DNA from: Candidatus Bathyarchaeota archaeon
GTDB lineage: Archaea > Thermoproteota > Bathyarchaeia > Bathyarchaeales > Bathycorpusculaceae
Reading direction: 5' to 3'
Assembly: GCA_963715865.1 (NCBI GenBank)
Contig: OY970280.1
Span: 2,208,001 to 2,272,000 of the forward strand
Length of the DNA stretch: 64,000 nucleotides
Shown here one piece after another: positions 50,952-60,409 of this stretch (the first letter of the stretch is position 1; every line of letters starts with the position of its first letter). The position numbers were made by a program, and so were the translations under genes. The notes beneath the pieces are model-generated. The model was given only the letters and a program-made list of their open reading frames with translations. It did no database searches and was not told where the DNA came from.

Positions 50952-53120
50952 ATGAAGAGACCAGTAAGATTAGGGAAGGCTAAACTACTTGTATCGAAGA
51001 TTCCGAAGAAAGCCTTTCTTGTCTCAGTTTTAATCGCTATAATTCTTGCTTTGTCAGTTGCCAGTGCAGTCCACGCCATTGGATTAATTGGCTCAATAAC
51101 GTCGGTTGGCTCTCCTTCGAGCATAGCTTATGATTCTGGTAGAAGCGAACTTTTTGTTGTTGATAGCAACAGTCATAACACAATCGACGTCATATCAGAT
51201 AGCAGCAACAGTTTAGTTGCCAGTATCCCTGTGGACGGGCCAACGGCTATAGCTTACGATTCTGGTAAAGGCGAAGTCTTCGTGGTTAACGCGTCCTTCG
51301 GAAGTTCTGCCACTGTTTCAGTCATATCAGACAGCAGCAATACAGTAGTCGCCACTATTCCTATTGGAGGCAACCCTGGCGGCCTCATTCACGGAATGAT
51401 TTATGATGCTGGCAAAGGCGAAATTTTCCTCCTCAACAACGGAGTCCAGGTAATATCCGACGAAACCAACACCATCATAGCGACCATACCCTCTTCAGCC
51501 AACTTCGAACCCTCTTGTCTTGCTTACGATTCTGGGAAGGGCGAGATTTTCGCGGTAAACAGCGGCAGTTCTGGCATGATCTCAATTATTTCAGATGCCA
51601 GCAACTCGGTAGTTAAGACTTTTTCGGTAGGGGGCTTTCCAAGCGATTTAGTCTATGACTCAGGCAAAGGAGAAATCTTTGTCCTAAACGAAGATGTAAT
51701 TCAAGTAGTATCGGACAAAAATAACGCTGTAATCGCAACCTTGAATCTTAGTAGCCAAGGATTAGTTTATGACTCTGGCAGAGGCGAAATCTTTACCATG
51801 GGCGCACACAACGGAATACTCTACGCCATATCCGACATCAACAATAATGTGGTTGAGTCCTTGACTGTGGGGGCCTACCTTCCCTTTGGCTTAACTTATG
51901 ATTCTGGTAAAGGTGAAATTTTGCTGGTTGGCTTCGGCACCATAACCGTCATATCTGATGCGCCCAGCTCCAATACCGCTTCTGTTCCAACCTCTGCTCT
52001 GCCCACAAGCACGACTCCGTCTGCCTCTCCAATCCCAACAACAACCGTTAAGGTAACCGCAACTATACCTGTTGGAACCAATCCTGAAGGGGTAGCTTAT
52101 GATTCAGGCAAGGGTGAAATGTTCATAGCCAACTATGGCTCCAACACAGTCTCTGTTATATCGGACCACAGCAACACCGTTGTGGCAACTGTGCCAGTGG
52201 GAGTCCAACCTGCAGGAGTTGCCTATGATTCCGGTAAGAGTGAAGTTTTTGTAACCAACGATGGCTCGGGCACTGTATCTGTCATATCGGACCAGACAAA
52301 CGCCGTTGTCGCGACCGTAACGGTGGGAACCAATCCTAACGGCATTGCTTACGACTCCGCCAAAAGCGAAATGTTTGTGGCAAATTGGGGATCCAACACT
52401 GTTTCGGTCATATCAGATGACAGTAATACCGTAGTGGCAACTGTACCCATGGGAACCAATGTCATGAGCGCAGCCCATCCCATAGGCGTAACGTATGATT
52501 CCGCTAAAGGCGAAATCTATGTAGTAAATTCCTACCCAAATACTAGCGGCTATGGCACGGTCTCTGTCATATCCGACAGCAACAACACCGTCCTTGAAAG
52601 CATAACCGTAGGAGGCTACCCCATCTACGCGGCTTATGATTCTGCAAAAGGCGAAATATTCGTAACTAACAGCCAGGACAATTTTATCTCGGTAATCTCA
52701 GACAGCACCCACGCCGTTGTTGCCAGCGTGACTTTTCCTTTTAACGAAGCCTACGCCTCTTGGGGCATAGCATATGATTCTGCCGATGGTCAGATATTTG
52801 TAGCTAATCAGCGAGGAACAGTCTACGTCTTATCAGACAGCTCAAACGCTTTAGTTGAGACTGCACCGTTGGGAAGCAATTTTAATTCCCACTGCATAGC
52901 CTATGATGTTGCCAAAAAAGAAATGTTTGTAACCAATAATGGTAACGGCGCGGTCTCAGTCCTATCTGTGTCCCCGATCACATCCCATCCAACCGCGCTG
53001 GGGCTCAGCAGTTTAGGTCTCATTTTAGTGGTGGTGGCAGTGGTGGCTGTAATCTTGTGTGCGGCTGCATTAGCAATAAGAAAATCAACCCGATCTCGCT
53101 CCGCTTCCAAGCAAATATAG
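50952..53120 (+). CDS. Double YncE/YVTN beta-propeller surface protein (2 x 7 blades) with anchor (ORF opens at 50916)
   Basis: Fourteen YD..K.E-type repeats in two blocks separated by a S/T/P linker; C-terminal TM and basic tail. Confidence 0.88.
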   Translation: MKRPVRLGKAKLLVSKIPKKAFLVSVLIAIILALSVASAVHAIGLIGSITSVGSPSSIAYDSGRSELFVVDSNSHNTIDVISDSSNSLVASIPVDGPTAIAYDSGKGEVFVVNASFGSSATVSVISDSSNTVVATIPIGGNPGGLIHGMIYDAGKGEIFLLNNGVQVISDETNTIIATIPSSANFEPSCLAYDSGKGEIFAVNSGSSGMISIISDASNSVVKTFSVGGFPSDLVYDSGKGEIFVLNEDVIQVVSDKNNAVIATLNLSSQGLVYDSGRGEIFTMGAHNGILYAISDINNNVVESLTVGAYLPFGLTYDSGKGEILLVGFGTITVISDAPSSNTASVPTSALPTSTTPSASPIPTTTVKVTATIPVGTNPEGVAYDSGKGEMFIANYGSNTVSVISDHSNTVVATVPVGVQPAGVAYDSGKSEVFVTNDGSGTVSVISDQTNAVVATVTVGTNPNGIAYDSAKSEMFVANWGSNTVSVISDDSNTVVATVPMGTNVMSAAHPIGVTYDSAKGEIYVVNSYPNTSGYGTVSVISDSNNTVLESITVGGYPIYAAYDSAKGEIFVTNSQDNFISVISDSTHAVVASVTFPFNEAYASWGIAYDSADGQIFVANQRGTVYVLSDSSNALVETAPLGSNFNSHCIAYDVAKKEMFVTNNGNGAVSVLSVSPITSHPTALGLSSLGLILVVVAVVAVILCAAALAIRKSTRSRSASKQI

Positions 53121-53153
53121 AGCTTTGGCTTGAAGCATAATTGCGATGGATGA

Positions 53154-54113
53154 TTATTTTCTTTTTCCAAGCCTATCGAGCAGTGCGCTTGTCATTATGG
53201 GCATGATTACGGTGGCGTCGCCTTCTATCATGATGCGTTTGGCTTTTTCGTTGATTTTTCCCCAGGAAACGGCTTCTCGGGGTCTTGCGCCGCTGAGGCT
53301 TCCGTCCCACTCATCTGCGGTGCTTATGTAAACCACGTAATCTAAGCCATCCTTGAACTGATTCCACCAGATGGTGTGGTGTTTTGAGATTCCTCCGCCA
53401 ACAATTAAGGCGCCGCTTTTCTTAGCGTCAAAAATGATATTGTTAAGTTCGCCTGAGTCTTTAAGCAAGTTAAGCTTGAAATCATGGTCCTGACTGAAGA
53501 ACCATGTTTGATATCCTACTGCGCCATCGGTTATGCCTGGCACAAAGACTGGAATGTTGTTTTTGGCTGCCCAATAAAGAATTGAGCTGTCATTACAGCA
53601 GCGTAAGCCGATTTCGCGGACTAATTCGCTGGCTGAAACCTCACGTTTGCCTTCTTTGTATAAATCCTGTAGCAATGCTTGAATTTTCTGCTCTATAATT
53701 ATGCCATAACTGTCATTGGGGACAAGCACGTTTCCCAAACGGTTTACGCCTTCCTGATGGAGTTTAGAATCGTTCATTATGAAGCTGCCACGATAGTAGT
53801 CTCTCCAACAGCGTGCCATGTCATGGTCAAGTGTCCCGCAAGTGGTGATGACGACATCAACGAGTTTGCGTTTCACAAGCTCCCTCATCACGCCGCGTGT
53901 GCCTGTAGCGACGAGGTTGCCTGTAAAAGAGAGAAACTTTACGCAGCCTTTTGTGTTAATCATGCTTTCAAGGATGTTTACGCCTGTGGCAAGTTTGCCA
54001 GCGGTAAAACCCCAAGCTTTCTCCATCTGGTTAACAAGTTCATTTACGCTCATTTTATCATTGAATTCGTAGTCTTTGACTGCTTCTTTCAAGGACTTTC
54101 CCTTCCGTTTCAA
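53154..54113 (-). CDS. dys: Deoxyhypusine synthase (canonical archaeal type)
   Basis: SFTGNL, TTCGTLDHD, RLGNV, GGGISKHH, DGSLSGARPREAVSWGK. Confidence 0.93.
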   Translation of the reverse strand: MKRKGKSLKEAVKDYEFNDKMSVNELVNQMEKAWGFTAGKLATGVNILESMINTKGCVKFLSFTGNLVATGTRGVMRELVKRKLVDVVITTCGTLDHDMARCWRDYYRGSFIMNDSKLHQEGVNRLGNVLVPNDSYGIIIEQKIQALLQDLYKEGKREVSASELVREIGLRCCNDSSILYWAAKNNIPVFVPGITDGAVGYQTWFFSQDHDFKLNLLKDSGELNNIIFDAKKSGALIVGGGISKHHTIWWNQFKDGLDYVVYISTADEWDGSLSGARPREAVSWGKINEKAKRIMIEGDATVIMPIMTSALLDRLGKRK

Positions 54114-54198
54114 TATTCCAACAACCTAAGCGAAATAAATATGTTCGTCTCCTACCGTAGCAGTCGAAAGATTTTTCCTAAACAAACTCTAAGGTATA

Positions 54199-54699
54199 GT
54201 GAAGTTGACCGCGGTGGAAAGAAAGAAAACTTCTATAATTCGTCGGGCAAACGCTCACGACATCGGAGTTATCTCTGAAATTGAAAAGAAATGCTTCCCA
54301 GGATTAACTGCTTATTCTAAGCGACAGCTGGCATATTTAATCCTGAAAGCTAACAGTACAGTTCTTGTCGAAACTGAAAACTGCATATTACGAGGGTTCA
54401 TAATCGTAACCTACCGTAAGGGAAGTCGAATCGGCAGCATCGAAACGTTCGATGTCGACCCACGTTTTCGAAACCTAAGTGTGGGCATCAGCCTTCTGGC
54501 AGCAGCAGAAGAGGACATGAAGCAGCGGGGGATGAAATTCGCGCAACTCGAAGTTTCTGAAAGAAATGAACCTGCAATCAACCTCTATCAAAAAGCAGGT
54601 TACACAATCAAGCAGAGACTTGTAGGCTTTTACCGATTTGAACACAACGGAACACGCGATGCCATCCGCATGGTCAAACCTCTCTTTAAGGCTCCGTAG
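54199..54699 (+). CDS. GNAT (RimI-like) N-acetyltransferase
   Basis: FDVDPRFRNLSVG..LEVSERNEPAINLYQKAGY. Confidence 0.88.
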   Translation: MKLTAVERKKTSIIRRANAHDIGVISEIEKKCFPGLTAYSKRQLAYLILKANSTVLVETENCILRGFIIVTYRKGSRIGSIETFDVDPRFRNLSVGISLLAAAEEDMKQRGMKFAQLEVSERNEPAINLYQKAGYTIKQRLVGFYRFEHNGTRDAIRMVKPLFKAP

Positions 54700-56125
54700 T
54701 TGGAACCCAAACGTCGTTATACAATTTTGTAAAGCCGTTCGTATATTCTGTTATTATCTTAAGCAGAGGAGCACGATAACGCTTTGGCACCAACTGCATG
54801 TCACCCGTGCTTTTGTGAAGATGAATAGTTTCAACATGAGCATGTTCTGTTCCCTTTATTGAAGAGTCATATTTGTTGGCGAGAAAAGCGGCGTGCTCCC
54901 GTTCATCTTCATCCAGTCTGAGACCCCCCTTGGCTAGTCGAGCAGGAAATGCGGCGATTTCCTTTTTGCCATAGCCCATAATGGCGGGATTAACGTTGTT
55001 GGCGCGAAGGAACAACTGAATTCCGAGACACTTGCTGCAGTCGCCGCACGGCACCATGTCTCTGCCTTGGAAGTGGCAACTGTGGCAGGAGCGTTGAAAC
55101 TTAGCAAGTTCTGGATATCGTCGGGTTAATATCCTCTCCACAATGAGTCCTGACACTGGTCTAACGGCACTCCATTGGCGCATTCCAGGCATCCTCTTTT
55201 CGTACCATTTCTCCATTCTTAAGTCAAAGTCTTGCGTCTGGTCGTAGACGCCATAATAATGCTTTATTCCTTTGTAGAACGGAGAAATGCGGGGGTCGTC
55301 AAATTCGCTTCCGATTAATAAGTTGCCGATTTTTTGGGAAAAGAATATCGGTAGTAAATAGAAAACGTAGACTGGGAATATGCATAGCCTTATTGGGTAA
55401 GTGTCTGACCATACTTGCCTGTGATCAGGCCTAATGATTCTCATATGATCCAGCATGAAAGTGTAAAACCTGTCCACATTAATCCAAACTCTCCCCGTAT
55501 TGGGCTCGCTGGTTACGTGGTGACGGTAAGCTGGAAGTGCGGTTCGCCAGTGTCCACCGCTCTCGTTGACATACAAGGGATAAACCTTTGCCCCAACCTC
55601 CTTCAACATGGCATAAGTCAAAAGGCTCTCTTTTCCACCACTTGAAAGTACACCACACGAGTTTTCATCAAGTCCAGAGCAAAGCTGGGAATCTTCTACG
55701 ACAGAGGCAGGGACTAAGCTTGCTATTGGCTTAGCGTTCGCTTCAGTTGCGTCTTCATCTGATAATCTAAATTCAGGTAAAACATAGGGGTTTTTTCTAC
55801 GTATCAACTTGTTGATGAAAATGTCTCTGCTGAAAATATCCAAAAAATCCTTCAGCAGCGAAAAATCAGATTCGCTTATTGAATAGTTGAGTTTGATTTC
55901 CTTGGTGAAGAGGCCGTAGTTAAGAATAGGCATAGCTGACGCCAGCCTCAAAAAAGCCAAGTGCTCTGCTGATAGAGATTTCTCGTATTTGGAGAGAAGA
56001 ACGAAGCTGTGCCGTTCTCCATCAATACTCTCACACGTTATGCGTGTTCTTACAGTTTTTTCCTTAATTTCTGGGTCGTAGATTTCGATAGAATTGAAAC
56101 ACTGAATATTCGTTACATTAACCAT
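54686..56125 (-). CDS. Uncharacterised HUP/PP-loop ATP pyrophosphatase with C-terminal Cys cluster (MurL/QueC-like)
   Basis: SSGGKES PP-loop-like motif, IGSEF, SCHSCH and PCGDCSKC. Confidence 0.7.
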   Translation of the reverse strand: MVNVTNIQCFNSIEIYDPEIKEKTVRTRITCESIDGERHSFVLLSKYEKSLSAEHLAFLRLASAMPILNYGLFTKEIKLNYSISESDFSLLKDFLDIFSRDIFINKLIRRKNPYVLPEFRLSDEDATEANAKPIASLVPASVVEDSQLCSGLDENSCGVLSSGGKESLLTYAMLKEVGAKVYPLYVNESGGHWRTALPAYRHHVTSEPNTGRVWINVDRFYTFMLDHMRIIRPDHRQVWSDTYPIRLCIFPVYVFYLLPIFFSQKIGNLLIGSEFDDPRISPFYKGIKHYYGVYDQTQDFDLRMEKWYEKRMPGMRQWSAVRPVSGLIVERILTRRYPELAKFQRSCHSCHFQGRDMVPCGDCSKCLGIQLFLRANNVNPAIMGYGKKEIAAFPARLAKGGLRLDEDEREHAAFLANKYDSSIKGTEHAHVETIHLHKSTGDMQLVPKRYRAPLLKIITEYTNGFTKLYNDVWVPTTEP

Positions 56126-57167
56126 CCCTAAGTTTCTCGATGGCGTCAGCTATCTGTGTAACGCCGTCAATGACGGGATCTTCTACAGGCACCTTGAATC
56201 TTTTATGCAGCTTAGATTTGGCTTTTACAGCATCCTCGTTCGATAGGTGCTCATGATTGATGCTTATTCCGATGAGGGGACGTTGTGAAAGGAGCTTGGC
56301 TATCTTAACAACGCGGAGAGGATCAGGCATAGGGTAGCCGGGGAATCCATCAAGATATGGACGGCCAGGGGCATCTTGCAATGTGAAGCCGTGAACTTGT
56401 CCTGCAGCCAATATCTCAAATCCGCCTGGGAAAAATGGGTGCACCAAACTTCCTTGTCCTTCGATTATGATGAATTCGGGTTTTTCATCTCTCCAAGAGT
56501 CAAGTATTGCTCCTTCAATTCCACCTGAAACAAAGTCGTTTATCAATGCGTCAATGACTGCTCCATGTGGCCAACCTTGCATCCATCCAGTTTGTCCAGT
56601 GTAAATCATGTCAGCTTTGCGTTTGCGTTTCCTCAGTTCGTTGACTATCATGACTGCCGTGGTTCTCTTGCCAATAGCTGAATCTGTGCCTAAGGTGGCA
56701 ATTCTGGTTGAGCCTACTTTGCCAATTTCACCTGTGTAAAACCGTTTGTGGTCTCTGAACATCTTGCGGACGTCTGTGATTTTGCAACCGTTTTTGTTAG
56801 CTATTGAAGTAAACCGCTCCTCGTCTGAGATGAATTGATGAAGCCCTGAAACAACATTTAGGCCTTGCTGCAAAGCATAAATGACCGCTTTGTCGTAACC
56901 TTGCGGCAAAATGCCTCCTTCGGAAACTGCTCCGATTATAAATGTGTCTGGTTTAGTTTTTTCGCGGGCTTCTTCTAAGTCGTGGAATAGTGGGATTCCT
57001 CTTTTTTTTCCGTCTAATATTTCCCCTGCGTCCCCCAGAGGAGCAGTTGAATCTACGACACCCACAATTTTGTATCTGGTTGTGTAACGTACAAGTCCGT
57101 GAGCTGTTTTGCCGTTTGCATTCAGGTATTCTCTTTCGCAGTAGACTAATGCTTTTTCTTCTGACAT
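56118..57167 (-). CDS. DUF1611 family protein (DgcN-like)
   Basis: GKTAHGLVRY, VVSGLHQF, GTDSAIGKRTT, TGQTG, IEGQGSLVHP. Confidence 0.9.
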   Translation of the reverse strand: MSEEKALVYCEREYLNANGKTAHGLVRYTTRYKIVGVVDSTAPLGDAGEILDGKKRGIPLFHDLEEAREKTKPDTFIIGAVSEGGILPQGYDKAVIYALQQGLNVVSGLHQFISDEERFTSIANKNGCKITDVRKMFRDHKRFYTGEIGKVGSTRIATLGTDSAIGKRTTAVMIVNELRKRKRKADMIYTGQTGWMQGWPHGAVIDALINDFVSGGIEGAILDSWRDEKPEFIIIEGQGSLVHPFFPGGFEILAAGQVHGFTLQDAPGRPYLDGFPGYPMPDPLRVVKIAKLLSQRPLIGISINHEHLSNEDAVKAKSKLHKRFKVPVEDPVIDGVTQIADAIEKLRDG

Positions 57168-57174
57168 ATGTTGC

Positions 57175-58311
57175 TCACGCTTTGCGCCCAGTAAGAATTA
57201 CCACATATCGGTCGCCAGGGTAAGGTTCCTTTTTATGCCTGTCCAGAAGCGCTATTAGCCCGGCTGTGGACGCTGGAAGGACACTTAAACCTTCCTTTTC
57301 TCTTATTAAGCGCGCGTAATCCATCATGCTCTTGTCCGTTGCGTATGCAGCCCATCCATGGGTTTGTCTGATGGCGGATAGTGCGTAGTCGCCGTCGATT
57401 GAACGCCAGTTGATTAAAGGCTCGTTGATCGTGGTGTTTCTGATTTTTTCTGGTTTTAAGTCGCAACAGTGGGGCATGTTTTTGATGAATGCGTTTATTA
57501 TGGGATTCATGCCGTAGGATGAGCCTGCGATGAAGCGGGGTATGCGGGATGTTTTTCCTCGGTTGTATAGACTTAGGAAGCCTCTGTATATTCCTGCTAT
57601 TGTGGAGCCATTTGAGGCTGGTACGGCCACGGCGGCAGGTGCGTCTCTGAGTTCGTCGTAGATTTCGTAGGCTATTTCGCCGTATGCTTTGAATTGGAGG
57701 TTGGTGTTGCTTCCGCCTGGATTTGCATCGTAGTATCCGTTTTCTTCAGCTTGTTCTCGGGAAATTGTCACTGACTCTTCATAATCTCCGGGAGTTTTGA
57801 TTATTTCCGCGCCCCATTGTTTGATTTCTTTGATTCTGTTAGCGTGGTACTCTTCAGGGATGTAGATTAGGCAACGTAATCCAGCTAGGGATGCGGCTAG
57901 CGCGATTGCTGCGCCGTAGTTGCCGCATGAGGCGACTGTTATCTCGTTGTATCCTCTGCGGAGTGCGTCGAGGGCTTGTGCGAAGGCGATGCGGTCTTTT
58001 TGTGTTCCGGTTGGGTTTCCGCCTTCGAATTTTAAGTATATTTGTCGGAGTCCCACTTCTCTTTCGATGTTTCTTGCGCGGGTTAGGTTTGTGTCGCCCA
58101 CTTCTGAGTCAAGTATTATTTCGAAGCATTCGAGCCGTTCTTCTAGCGATTTGCTTCGATCTCGGGCTGTTTTGCTTTCAAAATACAGTTCGGGTGTTAT
58201 TGACGGAACTTGGGCGGTTGCGCCGTCCAAAAGTGAGAAGGGGCTGCGACTTTTTAGATCCTCGTCGTTTTCATGGTTATGTTGAGGAGGTTCTTCTTTG
58301 GTCTCTTCCAT
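57175..58311 (-). CDS. Fold-type II PLP enzyme, threonine-synthase-like
   Basis: LKFEGGNPTGTQKDR PLP lysine, ASCGNYG, PASNGST, PASTAG, ILTG. Confidence 0.88.
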   Translation of the reverse strand: MEETKEEPPQHNHENDEDLKSRSPFSLLDGATAQVPSITPELYFESKTARDRSKSLEERLECFEIILDSEVGDTNLTRARNIEREVGLRQIYLKFEGGNPTGTQKDRIAFAQALDALRRGYNEITVASCGNYGAAIALAASLAGLRCLIYIPEEYHANRIKEIKQWGAEIIKTPGDYEESVTISREQAEENGYYDANPGGSNTNLQFKAYGEIAYEIYDELRDAPAAVAVPASNGSTIAGIYRGFLSLYNRGKTSRIPRFIAGSSYGMNPIINAFIKNMPHCCDLKPEKIRNTTINEPLINWRSIDGDYALSAIRQTHGWAAYATDKSMMDYARLIREKEGLSVLPASTAGLIALLDRHKKEPYPGDRYVVILTGRKA

Positions 58312-58803
58312 AATTATTTCTCTTCCATGATTATTCCTTGTTTAGGATTGCTTTGTGTTTTGAGATAGTACTTATTTCTAACTATACAATTCTTGGATAA
58401 CGCCAAGTGAAGCTTCGATTCGATTGATGAATCTAGAAACGTTGAAGGCTTTAACAGATACGAATCAGTTGCTAGGTCGATGTTTGAGACGACCAACACT
58501 CATTAGACACCAGTAATTAAAAGGCGATATTAGTGCAGTTATATTTAAAATTAACTATAATTAATTCGTTGATTATGTCCACATCCAAAATTAACGCTAA
58601 ATAAAAAGAAGCATAATCACCTTTACAATTTGAAGAGACAAAGACAATGCAAAACGCCGTCTCAACGCTAAACCAAATCGTAAAGGAAACATGGTGGCCT
58701 GCTTCTTGGAACAGGAAATGCGTCCTCTTCTGGCACAGACATTCAAAATTGGCGAGGACGACTTGCCTTTAGAAGTTGTTCGAAAGCTTGGCTTAAAATA
58801 ATC

Positions 58804-59154
58804 TTATAGAAAGCCTGCGTCCTTTAATTTTAACGCCAAGCTAAGGTTGCCTTTGAAATGGATTTTTCCTGTGAAAAAAGCTTTCTCAGTGCTTAACTTT
58901 CCGTTTACTATGTTCATAAAATCGCTTACAGCGATCTTCAGTGTCAATGCTGGTGATGGCTGGGTTCCCTTTGTTACCTGCAATTTTTGATCTTTTATAA
59001 TGACCACCCAGTCACCTCCGTCTGAACCGGTTAAGTTTAATTGAGCTATAACGTCAATGCCTGCCGCTTTATCAGGTTTGAATCTGGCGGGTAACGCTTT
59101 TTCGAAAAACTCGTTTGGCGTTTTAGCTTCCATCATTTTCAACTCATAGTTTCC
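58804..59154 (-). CDS. SCP2 sterol/lipid-binding domain protein
   Basis: FKPDKAAG..QLNLTG..W..G.L..AF.TGK..KGNL.LALKL; start codon uncertain. Confidence 0.85.
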   Translation of the reverse strand, partial: GNYELKMMEAKTPNEFFEKALPARFKPDKAAGIDVIAQLNLTGSDGGDWVVIIKDQKLQVTKGTQPSPALTLKIAVSDFMNIVNGKLSTEKAFFTGKIHFKGNLSLALKLKDAGFL

Positions 59155-59196
59155 TCCTATTGTACACAATTAGGTTATTGAACTTTATTGAATGGT

Positions 59197-59955
59197 TTAT
59201 CTGAAAAGGTCTTTTTCTTTTGGTCTAGTGAGTTCTGTTGCTGAGGCATTTTCGGCAGTTTGGTAATTGTACCCTCGGATGATAGCGGCTGGTATTCCCT
59301 CATTCGCTTGACCAATGACAAGTTCCGCTGCCGAAGATAATTCGTCCGCGATGGCGGTTTGTTTTATTCTCAGAACATATCCGAATAGGTCTTTTTCGCC
59401 TCGTCTGTCTCTTATAGGCTTGATTCCTGCTACGCCTACTGCAACGTTTATTTCGCCCATGCGGAAGGGTCTTCCATGCGTGTCAGAAACGATTACTGCA
59501 ACGTTAGCCCCTGTTAACCGTTTTATTTCTTGCCTTATGTTTTGTGCAGAAGCATTAGGGTTTTTTGGCAGTGGCACAACATTTCTGTCGCCTGAAACGT
59601 TGGATCGGTCTACTCCAGCGTTGGCACAAATCACGCCACTCTTGGTTTCTGTAATGATGCTGTTTTGACCAATTCGAATAATGTCTTTGGTTTCTTGAAG
59701 AATAACTTCAACCATAGCAGGGTCTTTGTTTGTTTTTTGCGCTATTTCCTTTGCCCTTTTCGAAGGCGGTACTTCGTCAAGGTTAATGACGTTTCCTTCA
59801 GCTTTCGAAACAGCAACATGCGTAACCACAATGACGTCTTTTTCTTGGATTGGTGTGTTCTGTTTTTTTGTCGCTTCAACGATAAGCTGACCCAAGTTGT
59901 CTCCTTTCTTTATTAACGGTAAATTTTCAACAGCGATTACTTGAACAGTGTTCAC
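59197..59955 (-). CDS. cofE: Coenzyme F420-0:L-glutamate ligase
   Basis: VSKAEG, ANAGVDRSN, VSDTHGRPFRMG, ADEL..AA.LVIGQ..EGIP. Confidence 0.95.
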   Translation of the reverse strand: MNTVQVIAVENLPLIKKGDNLGQLIVEATKKQNTPIQEKDVIVVTHVAVSKAEGNVINLDEVPPSKRAKEIAQKTNKDPAMVEVILQETKDIIRIGQNSIITETKSGVICANAGVDRSNVSGDRNVVPLPKNPNASAQNIRQEIKRLTGANVAVIVSDTHGRPFRMGEINVAVGVAGIKPIRDRRGEKDLFGYVLRIKQTAIADELSSAAELVIGQANEGIPAAIIRGYNYQTAENASATELTRPKEKDLFR

Positions 59956-60100
59956 ACAACATACCTCTACTGAATCATTAATTGCTAATTATTCAATAGA
60001 AACTTAAGGTTATCTCGATAAGAAAATTGAAAAAAAGTTGATTCGAAACCTGGAATAAGGGGGCAGATAAAGTGTCTCTTTTTTTGCGAGGCAAACTTGA

Positions 60101-60400
60101 CTCGCTGAGCTTAAGCAAGGTGGCAGGCAAATAATCGGCGCTATCAGGGTGATCGCTGAACCTGATGGAAAAAGTAGCGGGTTCGCTGTCTTGGTTGCCG
60201 ATCAATGGCAACTTAAAGGTCTTGGATTAATGCTAATGGATTACATAATAGCGGTTGCAAGAAACATGAGACTGGAGAGAATCTTTGCTACTGTTCTTCC
60301 AGATAACATTAAAATGATAAGGTTATGCGAGAAAAAGGGATTTAAGATAGAAACGTTGGATGAAGAGACTGTTAAAGCGTCTCTAGTCCTATCCTATTAG
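60101..60400 (+). pseudogene. Truncated GNAT domain resembling the C-terminus of acyl-CoA ligase/GNAT fusion proteins
   Basis: IGAIRVIAEPDGKSSGFAVLVADQWQLKGLG..VLPDNIKM..GF, preceded by an in-frame TGA with no convincing start; N-terminal half missing. Confidence 0.6.
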
Positions 60401-60409
60401 GGTCTTCTG

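Noticed and set aside
58620-58800. Short protein-like remnant ending ..LPLEVVRKLGLK*
   Set aside because: No start or diagnostic motif; cannot be supported as a gene from sequence alone
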